64,000 bases of DNA from a virus (taxonomy: Duplodnaviria > Caudoviricetes): positions 1 to 64,000 of IMG/VR virus record IMGVR_UViG_3300001869_000005; one strand, written 5' to 3'. Within the stretch, counting starts at the first letter, position 1. Each line of letters starts with the position of its first letter. The notes under the pieces were generated by a model. The model had not been told where the DNA came from. It saw only the letters and a program-made list of their open reading frames with translations, and did not search any database. Positions 49,299 through 62,480 of the stretch are shown in pieces. Made by a program: the position numbers and the translations under genes.

Positions 49299-50065
49299 AA
49301 GTAATAACTATAGGAGATGTGCATGGGGAAAGTGTTATTTGGAAAATAGCAGATTTAAAAAAACTCCAAGAATCTCCTAAAGAAATCCCTCAATACGATG
49401 CATATATTTTTTTAGGAGATTATGTAGATACATATAATCCTCTTTTAAAAGCTCCTAAAATTATTAGTAATTTTAAGAAAATAATTCAATTAAAACAGAA
49501 TTATCCCGATAATGTAATTTTACTTCTAGGAAATCATGATTTGGCCTATTTATTAGGACATTTCTTATTTCCTTGTAGTGGGCATGATCGTAACTATGAC
49601 AAAGAAATTCAAAAGTTATTTTTAGATAATATTGAATTGTTTTGTCCTCTATATTCACTTAATAATTACGTATTTACCCATGCAGGGATATCTCAAAAAT
49701 GGTTAGATAGATTTAATTTTACACATGGTATTAAAACCTCTTCTATTCCAGTAAAAACTATAAATAATAGTTTCTATAAAGCTATAGCAGACAAAAATCA
49801 TATGGATGTAAGTGATCCAATATTTGATTGTGGGATGATTAGAGGGGGAGGAAACATAGTCGGAGGCATATTTTGGGCAGATTTTAGAGAAACTTTTAAA
49901 GACATTGTCCCAGGGTATAAACAAATTGTTGGGCATACCCCAGTTAAAAAAATCGTGACACTAGATAACAAAAAGGAGGAAGACTCTTTTGGTAGTATTA
50001 CCTATATAAATACCATCCCAACAGATGGACCACTTGAATCTATGTATTTAGAATTAGATATTTAA
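49295..50065 (+). CDS. Metallophosphoesterase
   Basis: GDVHG, GDYVD, GNHD, THAG, GHT. Confidence 0.9.
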   Translation: MKVITIGDVHGESVIWKIADLKKLQESPKEIPQYDAYIFLGDYVDTYNPLLKAPKIISNFKKIIQLKQNYPDNVILLLGNHDLAYLLGHFLFPCSGHDRNYDKEIQKLFLDNIELFCPLYSLNNYVFTHAGISQKWLDRFNFTHGIKTSSIPVKTINNSFYKAIADKNHMDVSDPIFDCGMIRGGGNIVGGIFWADFRETFKDIVPGYKQIVGHTPVKKIVTLDNKKEEDSFGSITYINTIPTDGPLESMYLELDI

Positions 50066-50100
50066 TTACTGTTTTCATTAAAGGGTTTTACAGTAATAAC

Positions 50101-50136
50101 AAAAAGAAGGGTAATTTAATTATTACTCTTCTTTTT
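50101..50136 (+). terminator. Rho-independent terminator
   Basis: AAAAAGAAGGGTAAT...ATTACTCTTCTTTTT. Confidence 0.65.
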
Positions 50137-50173
50137 AAATTAATTTTAATTAACCAAAAAATATAAAAACAAG

Positions 50174-50368
50174 ATGAAAAATCAGACTTGCGAATATAAA
50201 TATAAAATAGGATGTACAGCATATTGTGAAATAAGACACAATAATTGCACTCCATGCACAGAGGTCGTAAGCAGGTGCAATGAAGCTAAACTTATCGACA
50301 GTAGAAAAACACCTAAAATGTATTATTCATTTAAAGATAGGTCACTTAAAGAATCTATAAAGCCATGA
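50174..50368 (+). CDS. Small Cys-rich protein
   Basis: 64 aa ORF. Confidence 0.55.
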   Translation: MKNQTCEYKYKIGCTAYCEIRHNNCTPCTEVVSRCNEAKLIDSRKTPKMYYSFKDRSLKESIKP

Positions 50369-50568
50369 CCGAACATAAAATTGGCGAAGTGTTTCTGGAT
50401 ACAGAGAAATTTCATGAGCCTAAAAAGGTAAAACGTATTCAAGGGAGTAACCTAAAGTCAAACTGCAGGCTATGCGTATACTATGGTAAATCCGCAAAAA
50501 TTTGCGCTAATGTTTTTTGCGAAGGAGTGTTTTATATTGAAACAGACGAACCATTAACAACTGAATAA
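50365..50568 (+). CDS. Small Cys-rich protein
   Basis: CRLC..C..C; ATGA overlap. Confidence 0.6.
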   Translation: MTEHKIGEVFLDTEKFHEPKKVKRIQGSNLKSNCRLCVYYGKSAKICANVFCEGVFYIETDEPLTTE

Positions 50569-50738
50569 TGAAAACACTTGAAAAAAATACTTTGAAACTG
50601 CTGAAGGTTAACAGAAGCGATTACAACAAGGCATATATTGACATTGAAAGCATTTTACTTGATGTCTATAATCAAGGGCGAATGGTTGGTAAAAAAGAGG
50701 GAAAGAAGTTACTGAAAATCTTAATTAAACAGTTATGA
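50568..50738 (+). CDS. Small hypothetical protein (56 aa)
   Basis: TAATG and ATGA coupling to neighbours. Confidence 0.55.
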   Translation: MKTLEKNTLKLLKVNRSDYNKAYIDIESILLDVYNQGRMVGKKEGKKLLKILIKQL

Positions 50739-51451
50739 TACAGCAAGAAAAAGAACGGAAGGATATAATCAGAGCCGTAACAGAACTTTATAATGGCGTT
50801 GATAAGATTGATTTATCAGCATTGGTAGAATGTGTTTTACAAAGACAGAGTGAACTCCACAAACTTAGTGAAGAAAGTAAAGCAAAGATTACGGAACTTT
50901 TATGGGCGTTTTCCTGTGACGCATCCTCTGATCCAAAAGAAATCACAGAGGAAATCATACGCATTGCGTCAATGGGTTATCCATCCGAAAATATCCAGGT
51001 TGAACCTCTGACATTTAGGGATCAGGATGCGCCAATGAAAAAATTAGTTGTACCGAGTACGGGAACTGGGAAAATGGGTATTACACACCCTAAAGTTATA
51101 GTAGAAGTTAGTGCCCCACCATCCGACCTTATTGGACAGGCAGATAAAGAGTTGATTGAGAAAATAGAAACAATACTTGATCATAATTCAATTGAGGTAA
51201 CAAAAGGAAATTACGCAACGGGAGAATTTGCCGTTGATAGCTCCGATTTTATTACTGTCGCTACTGAAATTGCCCAATTTCTACCATCTATGGTGAGCAA
51301 AGAACAGATGCTTGAATTTTCTATTTTTTGCCAAGATTATGAATTTATTAATGGTGAGTGGTACTATAAATATGGGCATGGATCACATTTTACAAATGAT
51401 CAATTTTATAAACAATTTGAAAAAATTAACATTAAAAAAGGGAAAGTCTAA
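50735..51451 (+). CDS. Hypothetical protein
   Basis: 238 aa ORF. Confidence 0.7.
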   Translation: MIQQEKERKDIIRAVTELYNGVDKIDLSALVECVLQRQSELHKLSEESKAKITELLWAFSCDASSDPKEITEEIIRIASMGYPSENIQVEPLTFRDQDAPMKKLVVPSTGTGKMGITHPKVIVEVSAPPSDLIGQADKELIEKIETILDHNSIEVTKGNYATGEFAVDSSDFITVATEIAQFLPSMVSKEQMLEFSIFCQDYEFINGEWYYKYGHGSHFTNDQFYKQFEKINIKKGKV

Positions 51452-51475
51452 ATGACTCTCCCTTTTCTTTTTTTT
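51434..51475. terminator. Bidirectional terminator at the convergence of the early and late blocks
   Basis: A tract-GGGAAAGTC-TAAAT-GACTCTCCC-T tract. Confidence 0.8.
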
Positions 51476-51492
51476 ACCACTCGTTTGTTTTA

Positions 51493-54400
51493 TTAATTCA
51501 CTTTCAAGAACACCAATGCTTGATCTGGATTAAACACCTTATACAAGGTTCTATTCATTGGAACTGTTTCTAACCAGAATTTCTCACCTTTATACATTCC
51601 TTTATATCTGCCACTCTAAATTTTATCCCCATAGTTAAAGATATTAAACACTTCTAAGACTCTCTGTACATAATCACTTGCCGCAGCAGGAGATTTAACA
51701 ATAGTCATTAACTACTTAGGTAATAACCAAGTAGGAGTCATAGCGCCAATTTCAGTCTATAAACGCCTCAATTCATACTCAGCAAAGTGACTAAACCATG
51801 TATCTTCATCTGGCCATTCAACTAATCCAAGAGATAGGGTCAACAATGCAAATGTACCAAGTTCAGTAAAAGCTCGTTTAATATTACTCTTTTCTAATTT
51901 AGATAATTTGCCCCATTCCTCGCTTACAAGTGCAAACTAGAAACCTTTTAAATCTTTAGCAAATGATGCCATAAAATTATAAAATGATCTATAATATCCT
52001 TCTGTCCAATCTCCTGCCTAATAGTTATATTGGGCTTTACCAGCCCTTCTATTCCAAGCCGCTGGCATCCACTTTCTAAACATATAAACTAGTCGCATGA
52101 TAGCATACTTCTAGCTCATATTCATGTCTTGCTTATTGTAGATTCCCTATAGTGATTGATTTACATATTTAATTCTATTATAAATTTCGTCTCTATCTTT
52201 ATTAGTGAATTCACTTCCGTCTAATTTGGTGTAACCCTTTTTAACAACTAATTTACCACCAAATTTTAAATCAGTTCCTTTAAATGGAACTACTTCCATT
52301 GCATCAATTAAATCTACTTCTTTTCCAGAAGAATCTTTCATTTTAATCTTACTCAACATTGCTAATCCAGATACACTAGACATCTAATGTTCACCAGCAC
52401 GAGTAAGGAAGAAAAGAGTGCTTGTATTCATAAATCTTGCTAAACCCTTCTGATCCATCTATAATTCGTTGGCCCTACTTTCTGCATCCTGTGCAATATT
52501 GAAGTATTCTATTATAAGTGACAATTTATCTGTTTTAATTCTATTTCCAATATTTCCTAATAGACCCGGTAACATCTATGTATATGTCTTATTTGCTTTA
52601 GCTAAATCCTTTATGTTGTAGTATTGACCAGAAACCGCTTCAATCATCATCATTACATTACCTGTAGCCATATTGGAAGTACCAGCTAATGCATTCAATG
52701 CTAAATTATTAAGCGAGGTCATTCTATTTACAAAATCTGCAGTTTTACCTTTATCTATTTTACTATTTCCAAATGTACCCTCATCTTCTTTGAATCTACC
52801 ATAAATCTACATATCCATATAGTCATTGAACTTAGCAAGTGTATTAGAAGCACTCGACTACTTAGTCATTTTATTACTAAATTCTCTACCATATCCTTGA
52901 ATAGTCTACATAACAGGTTTACCGTTTTCAGTTATGTCTACAACTCGCCTTTTCATTACATCTCTGGTTAATTCTAAAAGATGTATTGCTGAACTCATTT
53001 CATTAAATTCTACAGCCATACTTGCATATGCGGCTAATGAGGAAGTAGCATCTGTAGACAAGTCGTTCATATTATCTAGTTTACTTACAAAATAGATTGG
53101 TAAAGTCATTACTTTATTACCTTCAAAATCTATAAGATTTGATTTATCCATTAACTATTCACCGCCAAATTCAATATCTTTTTCTCTCCTATAAAGTAAA
53201 TCTTTGGCGCTTTCTGTAACTGTATTAAACGCCCCTTTTACAGATTTAGAACCTTTAATTCGTTCAATTAAATCTCTACGAATCTATACAGCATTGTAAT
53301 TGTTTCCAGACCCTTGTGGTAAGAATGAATCCAATTCTTTTTTAATGCGCATAAAATTATCATAATATTCTTTCTATGCAGCATTTAGTTTATTATATTT
53401 ATCTGAAGCATATATACTTCTGTCGGGTAGACTATTTTCATCAACCGTTTCTGTATTAGCCTAATACCAATCATATAAATCTTTCTATCTAGCTTCCCAC
53501 TATTCTTGAGTAGGATGTAATCCATATTTAACATCAAGTCTTTTTCTCTCCGCATCTTTGGCCATTTCAAAGGCAGTATAATCTAATTCAGCAATGTATT
53601 TGCCAGTCAAATTACCATCCTTATCTCTATCATGCATAAAATCTGTGTTTTTGAATCCTTTAGATTCTAACACTGCTTGCATTGATTGTAATTCTTTAAT
53701 GTAATCTAATGTCCTTCTAATAGAATTCTATTTAAATGAATCAACACTGTGATTAAACAGCCTTAACATCTAATCAGATGAATCGGCCATAGAGTCCATC
53801 CATCTGTCAAAGAAACCAATATCCTATGAGGAGTGGTCTAACAGTTCTTCTAAAGTAATAGTTTGTCCTTTTAACTTACCCATCTTCATTACTAAAGAGT
53901 CCCCTACAAAGGGTCTAAAAAAGTCTAATGCTAATGCATAACTAATATCCTTATACTATACATCTAATGCTATACATAAGTCTGACAATTCTGATAAATT
54001 CCTCTTTAATTCATCTGGAAACTATTTAGTATCTTCCAAAGTATCTCTAGCAGCCTCATCTCTTAACTCTTTTACACTTTGACCATAAGATGCTGTAAAA
54101 TTCTTAATAGTTCTTAACATACCCGCCATCTAATTTGTGGTTGTAGCACCACTAGTACCATCCTACATTTTAACAAACGTAGCCTAATGAGACTTCAATT
54201 CAGTCGCAGCATTGGTAATAAACATATTTATACCATTGATAAATTGACCTTTTTCAATCTCATCATTTAATCCATTTATATAATCAGTGTTTAATTCCTC
54301 TACAATACCATGAATTTCCCTTTTTTCTGCAATCTTTTTCTATTTAATCTTATTCTAAATGATTGTAGTGAGAATTTCTTTCTATTTCTCCACCCTATCT

Positions 54401-55524
54401 TCTAGGGCAAATAATTTAGTTCTATTTCTCTATAGATTCTTTATATCAATCTAATCTGCAACTCTATTAGCTAGTATGTCTTGAGCAAATTCACCAACTT
54501 CTTGGTTAACCTACTCTATCGCTTTCTGTAAATCCTATTCTAAACCCTTCTTAGTTAATCCATTAAAGAATTGTTTAATTGCATCAAAAAACCTAGTCAA
54601 TAAATTCTTATAAGGCACATTAGGAATCGACTCATTTTTAAGCCAATATTTAGATACTAACTATCCAAGTGCTTCTTTAGCTAACAAAAGACCGTCTCCT
54701 TTATACTATGCCTCATACGCACCATATGATTCACCCAGGATTTCCTAAACTACTCCTTCCTATCCAATAAGATTTAAAAGTCTACTTACTATAGGATGAT
54801 TCTATCCAAGTAATTCAATTATAGCATGCGCAAATTCTTCAGGAACTGCCTTTTCACCCCTATCATCTCTACTTATTCTAATAACCTCTAGGAGCCCATC
54901 TACGGTCTTTTTAGCTGTTAAAGTATCCATAACACCATTAATACCCATCTATTCTTCTACTTCATTTAAAAAGCCATCTGAGATACCATAAGACTTGCCT
55001 AACTCTCTTAATCTTTTGTTTAAAGCTATATTAACATCCTATTCTTTTTCTAAATTCTATTGAGAATATAAAATAGTAGCGTATGGATCATCTCTGCCTT
55101 CTACTATTTTTATATGACGTTTTCCATTAGCTGCTCTATTAGACTACATGTGGTAAGATAGAGATAAAGGATTACTTGGGCTGTTAAACTTTTTTACAAT
55201 TTCCCTAGCCATTTCCATAGTATAATTCTTTACCGCACCGTTTGAATTATATCTACCTTCCTAATGGTCTAGTTCATCTATATAAGATTCCTATGATTGT
55301 AACCCCATTAATACTTTAACTGGGCCAATTATAAATTCACCATTCTCATCAACCGGTAATACCTATTTATATTCATCTATCTTTTCTGGATCAGTTAAAC
55401 CTTTATATATTTGTGTCGCATTCTAATAGGTGGTAGATTGGAGCAAACCTCTATTTAGTTTGCTCTCAATCACATTACCATTCCTATCAGTAATCGGCAT
55501 CACTGTTATACACGAATTTGCCAT
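51493..55524 (-). CDS. Large virion cargo/ejection protein, TAG-recoded (1343 aa)
   Basis: Fragments 52147-52383, 52906-53151 and 53500-53682 share one frame and end in TAG; ATG 55524, TAA 51493; hydrophobic segment near the C-terminus. Confidence 0.85.
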
Positions 55525-55529
55525 ATTAA

Positions 55530-58500
55530 TTATTTAGTTTTACAAAATACTTGTCCATTCTCATCAGTAGGTTCATAAGTACTCTACATAATCTCTCTCT
55601 ACATTTGTTTAAATTTTTCAGTAAAATTACCCTATTTATGTTCTACTACAGGAGGAGGAGTTTCATTTTCAAATCCTTCCATAGGCATAGATTCTGGGCC
55701 TTCAACATCCTCATCTTCATATCCCTTGTATTTAGCATCAATTTGAGAAGTCATATCTTCCATATTTAATCCATTTTGATACTCTAAGAACTTATTAGGT
55801 ATTCCTATAGGATTATCTATAAGAGTGTATTGAGTTATATAGTAATCTCCTCCATCATCATTAACTAATTCGCTTGTTCCAATTACAGTATAATAGTATT
55901 CTACTCCATTTAATTTTTTCATAATTATCGGGAAATTAACCCCATCCCTAACCATTAATTGTCCATTGGTTTTTCCATCTGCAGAAGTACGAACATCAAT
56001 AGTTTCATTTAGACTTTTTCCAACCAGAAATACAGAATCATTAATTTCATTCACTTCCGGTACAAACTTTCTCACATTTCTATGATTCATTAAGTATTGG
56101 TCTATAAACCCTCTATAAGCATCTTCTTTAGTAAACATCAAGTTCAATTTAATTAGCGTTCGTCTATATCCTGGAATTACTAATCTAATATTTACAGGGG
56201 CTAAATGAATAAAACTAGTTGGCCCAAATGCCAATCCATTTCTAAAGTAACTATATGCAAATAAATCCTTAGCTAATTTAGCACCTTCTTCACCCATAGA
56301 AAGTAACGAATCCCAATCTCTTGTTACAGTGTCTTTCTAATTAGGAGAAAGTGAGCCAACATTGTTAAAGGTAATTATTTTTTTATCTTTATCATCATTG
56401 ATTACTGTTAAGCCTTTAATAAATGCTAATTCACCAAGTTCTTTATTGGATTTTTTTATCTTTTCAAATTCATCTGGAAATTTATTAATGTAGTAATTCC
56501 TCTTCTATTCAGCTTCTTTAGCAGTTTTGCCACCAAAGAATTCTAACTCAGAAGTAATGTATACAAATAGATCTGCATAAATCTATTTAACCTATTTAGC
56601 AGTTAAACTCCCTTTAGAGAATTCAGATCGTTTGGTTAAATTTTTAATCTAACTAACTACATATCTAAAAGATTCTTGTGTGTATGGATAATATTGACTC
56701 AAAAGTAATTCTGCAGTTTCTAATCCAAGTGTATAATTAGCCTAAACTATTGGTAAAGGGCTACTATTAATTTTTTCTCTTAATTGATTAATATTTTCTT
56801 TTTTAGTAAAACTCTTATCTTTTAATATATTAGTTTTGATCAAATCTGCACTCTCAAGAGGAAAATTCTTACTCTTACTTTCTATCATCAATTCTTTAAC
56901 ATCGTCAATCTTTAAATCTGTATCTGCTTGATGAGGCCCTGTAGATCCTCCAGTAGTATCACTACGCATAGATGAAACTATACGTGAAAGTATCTACGAC
57001 GGTTCATTTAAAGCCTTAAACGCATTAGCAATCTTTAATTGGAATACATAATACTATCTATGTTCAGTTGGAGTTAATTCTTTCCCTTTTGCTATGGCAT
57101 TAGCATAAACAATTGCTGTAGCCATATCACTTTGAGATAATTCAGAATTCTTATAATCTTGTTCTTCTTTTGAATATTTAGTTTCACCAAAGAACTATTC
57201 AATTGTCTTTTTAACAGAATCTCTTTTACTTACTCCACTATCACTTAATAATTCATAATTGTCACTCATTTCAACCACAATAGGCTAAGACAAAAACAAA
57301 CCAATTGTTCCATGAGTGTGGCCCTATCTAGCTAAAAACATTGCTAGATCTGCAGTAAACCCATTTAAATTTAAGTCACTCAATACAGGGTCTTTTACAG
57401 CATCTACAGAGGCTGCTACATACTCAGATGTGTTTCTACTAATATATTGTTTATGTTCATTTAGTATATCATGCAGACTCAAATACTCCTTATTACCTAA
57501 CTTAACACCAAATCCTTTTTTAATTGTTAGTTCGGTTCCCTGTATAACAGAATGATTTGCATTGTGATTTGCAAAAACACCAATTAGTGCTCCAGCAGTA
57601 TGATTAGCTTTGTGGAAATTTGTCTAAGTAGAAGGACTAAGAGGATCTAATTGCTGTTTATACTTTTCAGATCTTTCATCTAATTCCTTTAAACTTAAAC
57701 TATTCAAGTACTTGGGAACATTTCCTTTAGATTCTACTAGTAGATTTCTATATTCTGCAAGAGAAATTCCCTTTAATACATTGATAACTCTAGCAGATTT
57801 CTTTAATCCATCAAAACCACCAGGATTAATCATATTTAATACAGTGTCAGCATTTGTAAGAATTCCCCACATAGTATCAATGATTTCATTATTTCTGGCT
57901 TTTAATGTATTCTAATCAACTGATTTATTTACATCATATTTAACCTTTTCAATTATTTCTCCCAGAAGATAATCTTTTTTGTTTTCTTGCCAAGTATTAT
58001 AAATGTTACGTTCAGTACTATCTTCTGCATATACTTTACTACCATTTTCATCAACAACTTCTATATCCTTAATATATGTGATTCCCTTAATTGTTTTAAA
58101 CTATTCAGAGTTTACACTAGAATCTCCACCTAACTATTCTATTAACTCCTTAATAAATCCATTTCTATCATATTTATTCCTGGTAGAAAATTCAGGAAGC
58201 ATTATATATAATTTATCCACGTCAAAGTCAAGACCAGCTATTGTGGTAATTTCCTTAGGGAACATAATTGTACTACCAGACTATTGTGGTAAAAAACCTT
58301 TAATATATAAAGGAAATATTGAATATTTATTCTCAGTTGGAATTCTATAACCAATTAATTTCCTTAATTCTTCTGGTAATACCTTCATAGGATCACCATT
58401 TTTATCCTTTAAATTTTTATGTACTGCATCTATATCTAGTTCACCTGTTTTTGGATCCATAAATTCCTTAAAATACTTAGAAGAATACCAAGGCATATAG

Positions 58501-61500
58501 GTTTCAATGTATTCAATGTGTTTTTCATTTTTGTCATTAGTCCCCCATTTGATATTTAAATCATCTTGTACTCCAAATGATGTTACATGTACAAGAGAAC
58601 CACCTTTAGTCTTCTATTTAGTAATCTCATTCTTAATTCCTGAATGCAATAGACTCTAAGTACGGTCTGAATGAATCTAATCACTGTATGGAAGTGTAGG
58701 AAATCCATCTTCTGCAATTTCAAGAGCTTTAGCCATTTCTGGATTATATCTTTTATTGCCATTAACTTCCTTTTTTAATGTATTGTTGACGGCTTCTTTA
58801 TCTCCCAATTCATCAACAGTCTTATAAAAAGAAGTTATTAGATTCTCAATATTTAGATCGTCAAAGTGTTTACTAATCTCCGCTTTATTATATTTCTTTC
58901 CATTAACAATATAGTCAATCCCTTCTTTTAAATCACCTTTAATAAGTTTTTTAGCCTAAGTACCAATCCCCTAATTGGTATCCATGTAGTGACTAGGCAC
59001 AGGTTGTACAAGAGCATAATCCTCGTAAGAAAGACTATGTACTACCTAAGGATTGTATCGTCCTACATTAGAGCTTATAGACTCCTGTAGGTATCCTTTA
59101 ATTGCTTCTTTAGTAGTAAATTTATGCACATCTAACGCACCCTATCCTCCGACTTTTACAGCACTGGAAAACTATACTACATCAATCTGATTCTCTTCCA
59201 TAAATTCTTCAATAGCCGAAAGCTAAGGAGACTTTCTTAATATATTAGAAAAGATTAATAGGAATTCTGCATTCTTATTTTGTATAGGAGTTTTAAGTGA
59301 ATAATCCTAAGTAATCTTCCTTTTTTCATCTTTAACTAGTCCAGGATTAGCGATCTACGTATACATAAAAGGTTTTTTGGGTTGCCAAATTACATTGAAA
59401 TCTTCAACATCAAATTTAACATCCTCACCTTTTTGCATCTTTTTAAGTTTATCAAAAACTCTCTGCATTTCATCAGTCCACTAGCCAGACATATCCATAA
59501 TTGCTCTATAGGAAGAAAGAGTTCTATATGCTTGAGCATCAGTTACTTCTACATTGTTATTACTATATTTATCTAATATAAAATCTCTATCTTTTGCGGT
59601 AAGCATTTCTTTTTTGACAAATCCATTCAAAGCTTCTTTAATATCTTCTAAAGTATTTGAAACGGATTTAAAATCCTTTAGAAATACTGTATTTTCAATA
59701 TCTCTACCATATTCCGAAGTAGTGTCTAATCTTAATCCTGGAGTATGAATTTGTTTCATACGTTTCTATATATCTCCCAGATTCTTGTAATAAGCTAAAT
59801 CAGTAGTAGTGATCTACAACATCTATGATTGAGCATACCGTTGATTCCAGAAGTAATTTTTCAACTCCTTTTCAGCATTTTCTATACTACTAAGATTCTA
59901 TAGATGTTTAAGAGTCTTTCCATCATCAGTCATTTTGAACAAACCGATCTTTCTATATCTTATTTTTTCCTGTTCATACAATGCATCTGTTTCATCCTTG
60001 ATAATTTGTTTCAATTCTGTCCTGAATTCTTCCATAGTTTCAGGCATATCCTCATTTAATTTTTTATCAAATAAAGGCATATAGTTGTTTAGGAATGGAA
60101 GAAATTGAAATTCTAAACCCCTTTTTTCAAAATTATCAATAGGGGCCATTAACCCCTTAGCAATTTGTTCTTGTCTATTTCTAACTATCTTAATTCTATC
60201 ATATTCCTACATAGCTAAATCATAGAATCCATTTAAAAGAGTATTTTCCCAATCACCGCTAGTATCAGTTGTATATTTATGAAACTTTACAAACTCTGCA
60301 GAAGGGGCATCAGCTAAAATAAATACTGGATACCACGCTACTTTATTATTAACATCTGAATAGTACTCATTAATCATCATCATTGTGTGATCTAATGGGC
60401 TCAATTTAGAGTACTCCTTTTTATTGTAATTTAAATTAGTTTTATGTTGAATTAATTCTCTTGATTTAGGATCTGTAACCAAATCTCTAATCCATGAGTT
60501 CCTATATTTTCCATTTGAATAAAACCAATTATACTATTTGTATTCCTTTTCAAAAAATGCCTATAACTCTTCCTCTGAATATTCCGTTCCCTTTAACTTA
60601 TTCATTAAGTCTGCCATATATGAAGGAGCCGTATATGAGTAATAACTCTTCTAGTTCGCATATACAGAACTTTTCATCAATTGGGTTAAAGACCTTGATA
60701 AGATCTCTGCAATACTTTTATAATCACTTTTAAAGGTATTGGCAAAGTCTAAATGTACTGCCTTACTGTCATTTAATTTAGTGGTAATTCTAGTAAGATT
60801 GTCCAATAATTTAACAAACATGTGATTAATATTCACAGTCATACCTTTTACATTGGGCACTTCTGGAATATAATTTAATGCTTCTAAAAGACTGGTTACA
60901 TCTGTATCTACTCCTACTGTAGCCAATACATCTCTTATCCTACCAATATTATCATTTACATATGCAGTAATCTCTTCAATGGGTTTACCTTTAATAGATT
61001 TAACCATCTCATCAATAGTAGCTCTAACTACTTCAAGATTATCCCGGTCAATATTACCAGCATCATCATATAATGAATTAAAGGATAATAGAGTTTTACT
61101 TTCCATAGTAGCTCTCCATTCGTCCATAAGGTATCTAACTCCATCTGGTTTATTCAATTCTTTGGTCATATATGTGTAAGATCCATCAGCCATTTTCTTT
61201 CGTATCTAAATCCAATAGGACATAAATACTTTTCTAAAATCCTGATAGAACACACTATGTAATTTCTAATCTTTCATTAAAGCACTTACAATACTATTAA
61301 CCCAAGGTTTAGTATTAGCTAATCGTCTAAGTATAGGTAACATCTATCTGGAATTAGTCATACCACTCAATTGTTCAATTAGTATTCCATGAACTACTTC
61401 ACTATCTAAATATACTGGCATATCTAAATCATCTAATGTTTCCGCTTTTTTAAAGTCTAATTTAGGAATTTGCATAAGTATCTTCCGAGTCTATTGACTT

Positions 61501-62474
61501 AATGCTTGTGTAGGATCAATGTGTTTATGTTTAATCATCCATCCATCCTTCACAGGATCATCGTCATTATCCTATATAACTCCTTCACCATCCTATAAGA
61601 GTGATTCAGGGATTTCTTCAGTCTCTAATCCTTTAAATATAGTTAGTTCATTATTAATAAACTTAACATCAACTTTTTCATAATCCGCAAGTAATCTAGG
61701 AGTTTCTCTAGTAAGCAATTCAAAATTCTCAACCACTTTTTTAAATTCGCTCATCTAATAATCTGTAAATATAACACTATTTGTGCTCTATTTGAGAAAG
61801 TAGTTCTTTACAAACTTATATATGTTTTCAACTCCATATTCATTGATAATTTCTTCTCGTGTAGAATTAGGTCTTAGTTTTGCTTGAATACCACTCACGT
61901 GTCTTATAAATTCTCTAGCAACTAGATTAACTCTATCAATTCGCATTTGTGGTCTATATACTTTATCTAATGCATTTGAAATGGTGATTTCTTTTATTTT
62001 AAAAATATCTTTGGCTGTCTATTCAATTTCTTTAACTTCATCTGTGTTTTCTATAGGAGTTTCAGTAGGAGTGGGTTGGATAGATTCAACAAGGGTAAAT
62101 TCAATATCTTCATCTGGATTATTTTTAACTATATATATACCAGCACCTTGGCCCTAATAATTCTAAATAAAGATCCTATCTCCTGTTTTAAGTCCATATT
62201 CATCCAGATCTAAAGCAGCATCTTGGTCTGTTGTAAAAGTAGGATAATTAGTTTCAATATTATTAGCAATCCCCAAATAATCCTTGAATTCTTCTTCTGT
62301 TGGATACGGTAATTCTTTTATTTTATTACTCAGATAGTCCGCTACAATCTATTTATCTAATGTTTTCTCTAGGTATGTACCTACATTATTAGCAGCAACA
62401 ACAGGATCTAGTCCTGTTGCTTTTGCTAATTTTATAATTCTTTCATCTGGGATGAAACAAAATACTTTACTCAT
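55530..62474 (-). CDS. Virion-packaged RNA polymerase (crAss/phi14:2 gp66-like), TAG-recoded (2314 aa)
   Basis: Catalytic GLDFDVDKLY (DFDVD at 58215-58229) and GYRIPT; all fragments in one frame and ending in TAG. Confidence 0.92.
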
Positions 62475-62480
62475 ATTTTA

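Noticed and set aside
29933-61179. Many short antisense or alternate-frame ORFs in the track (e.g. 29933-30313, 31633-32013, 58003-58350)
   Set aside because: They overlap well-supported genes on the opposite strand and have no motifs
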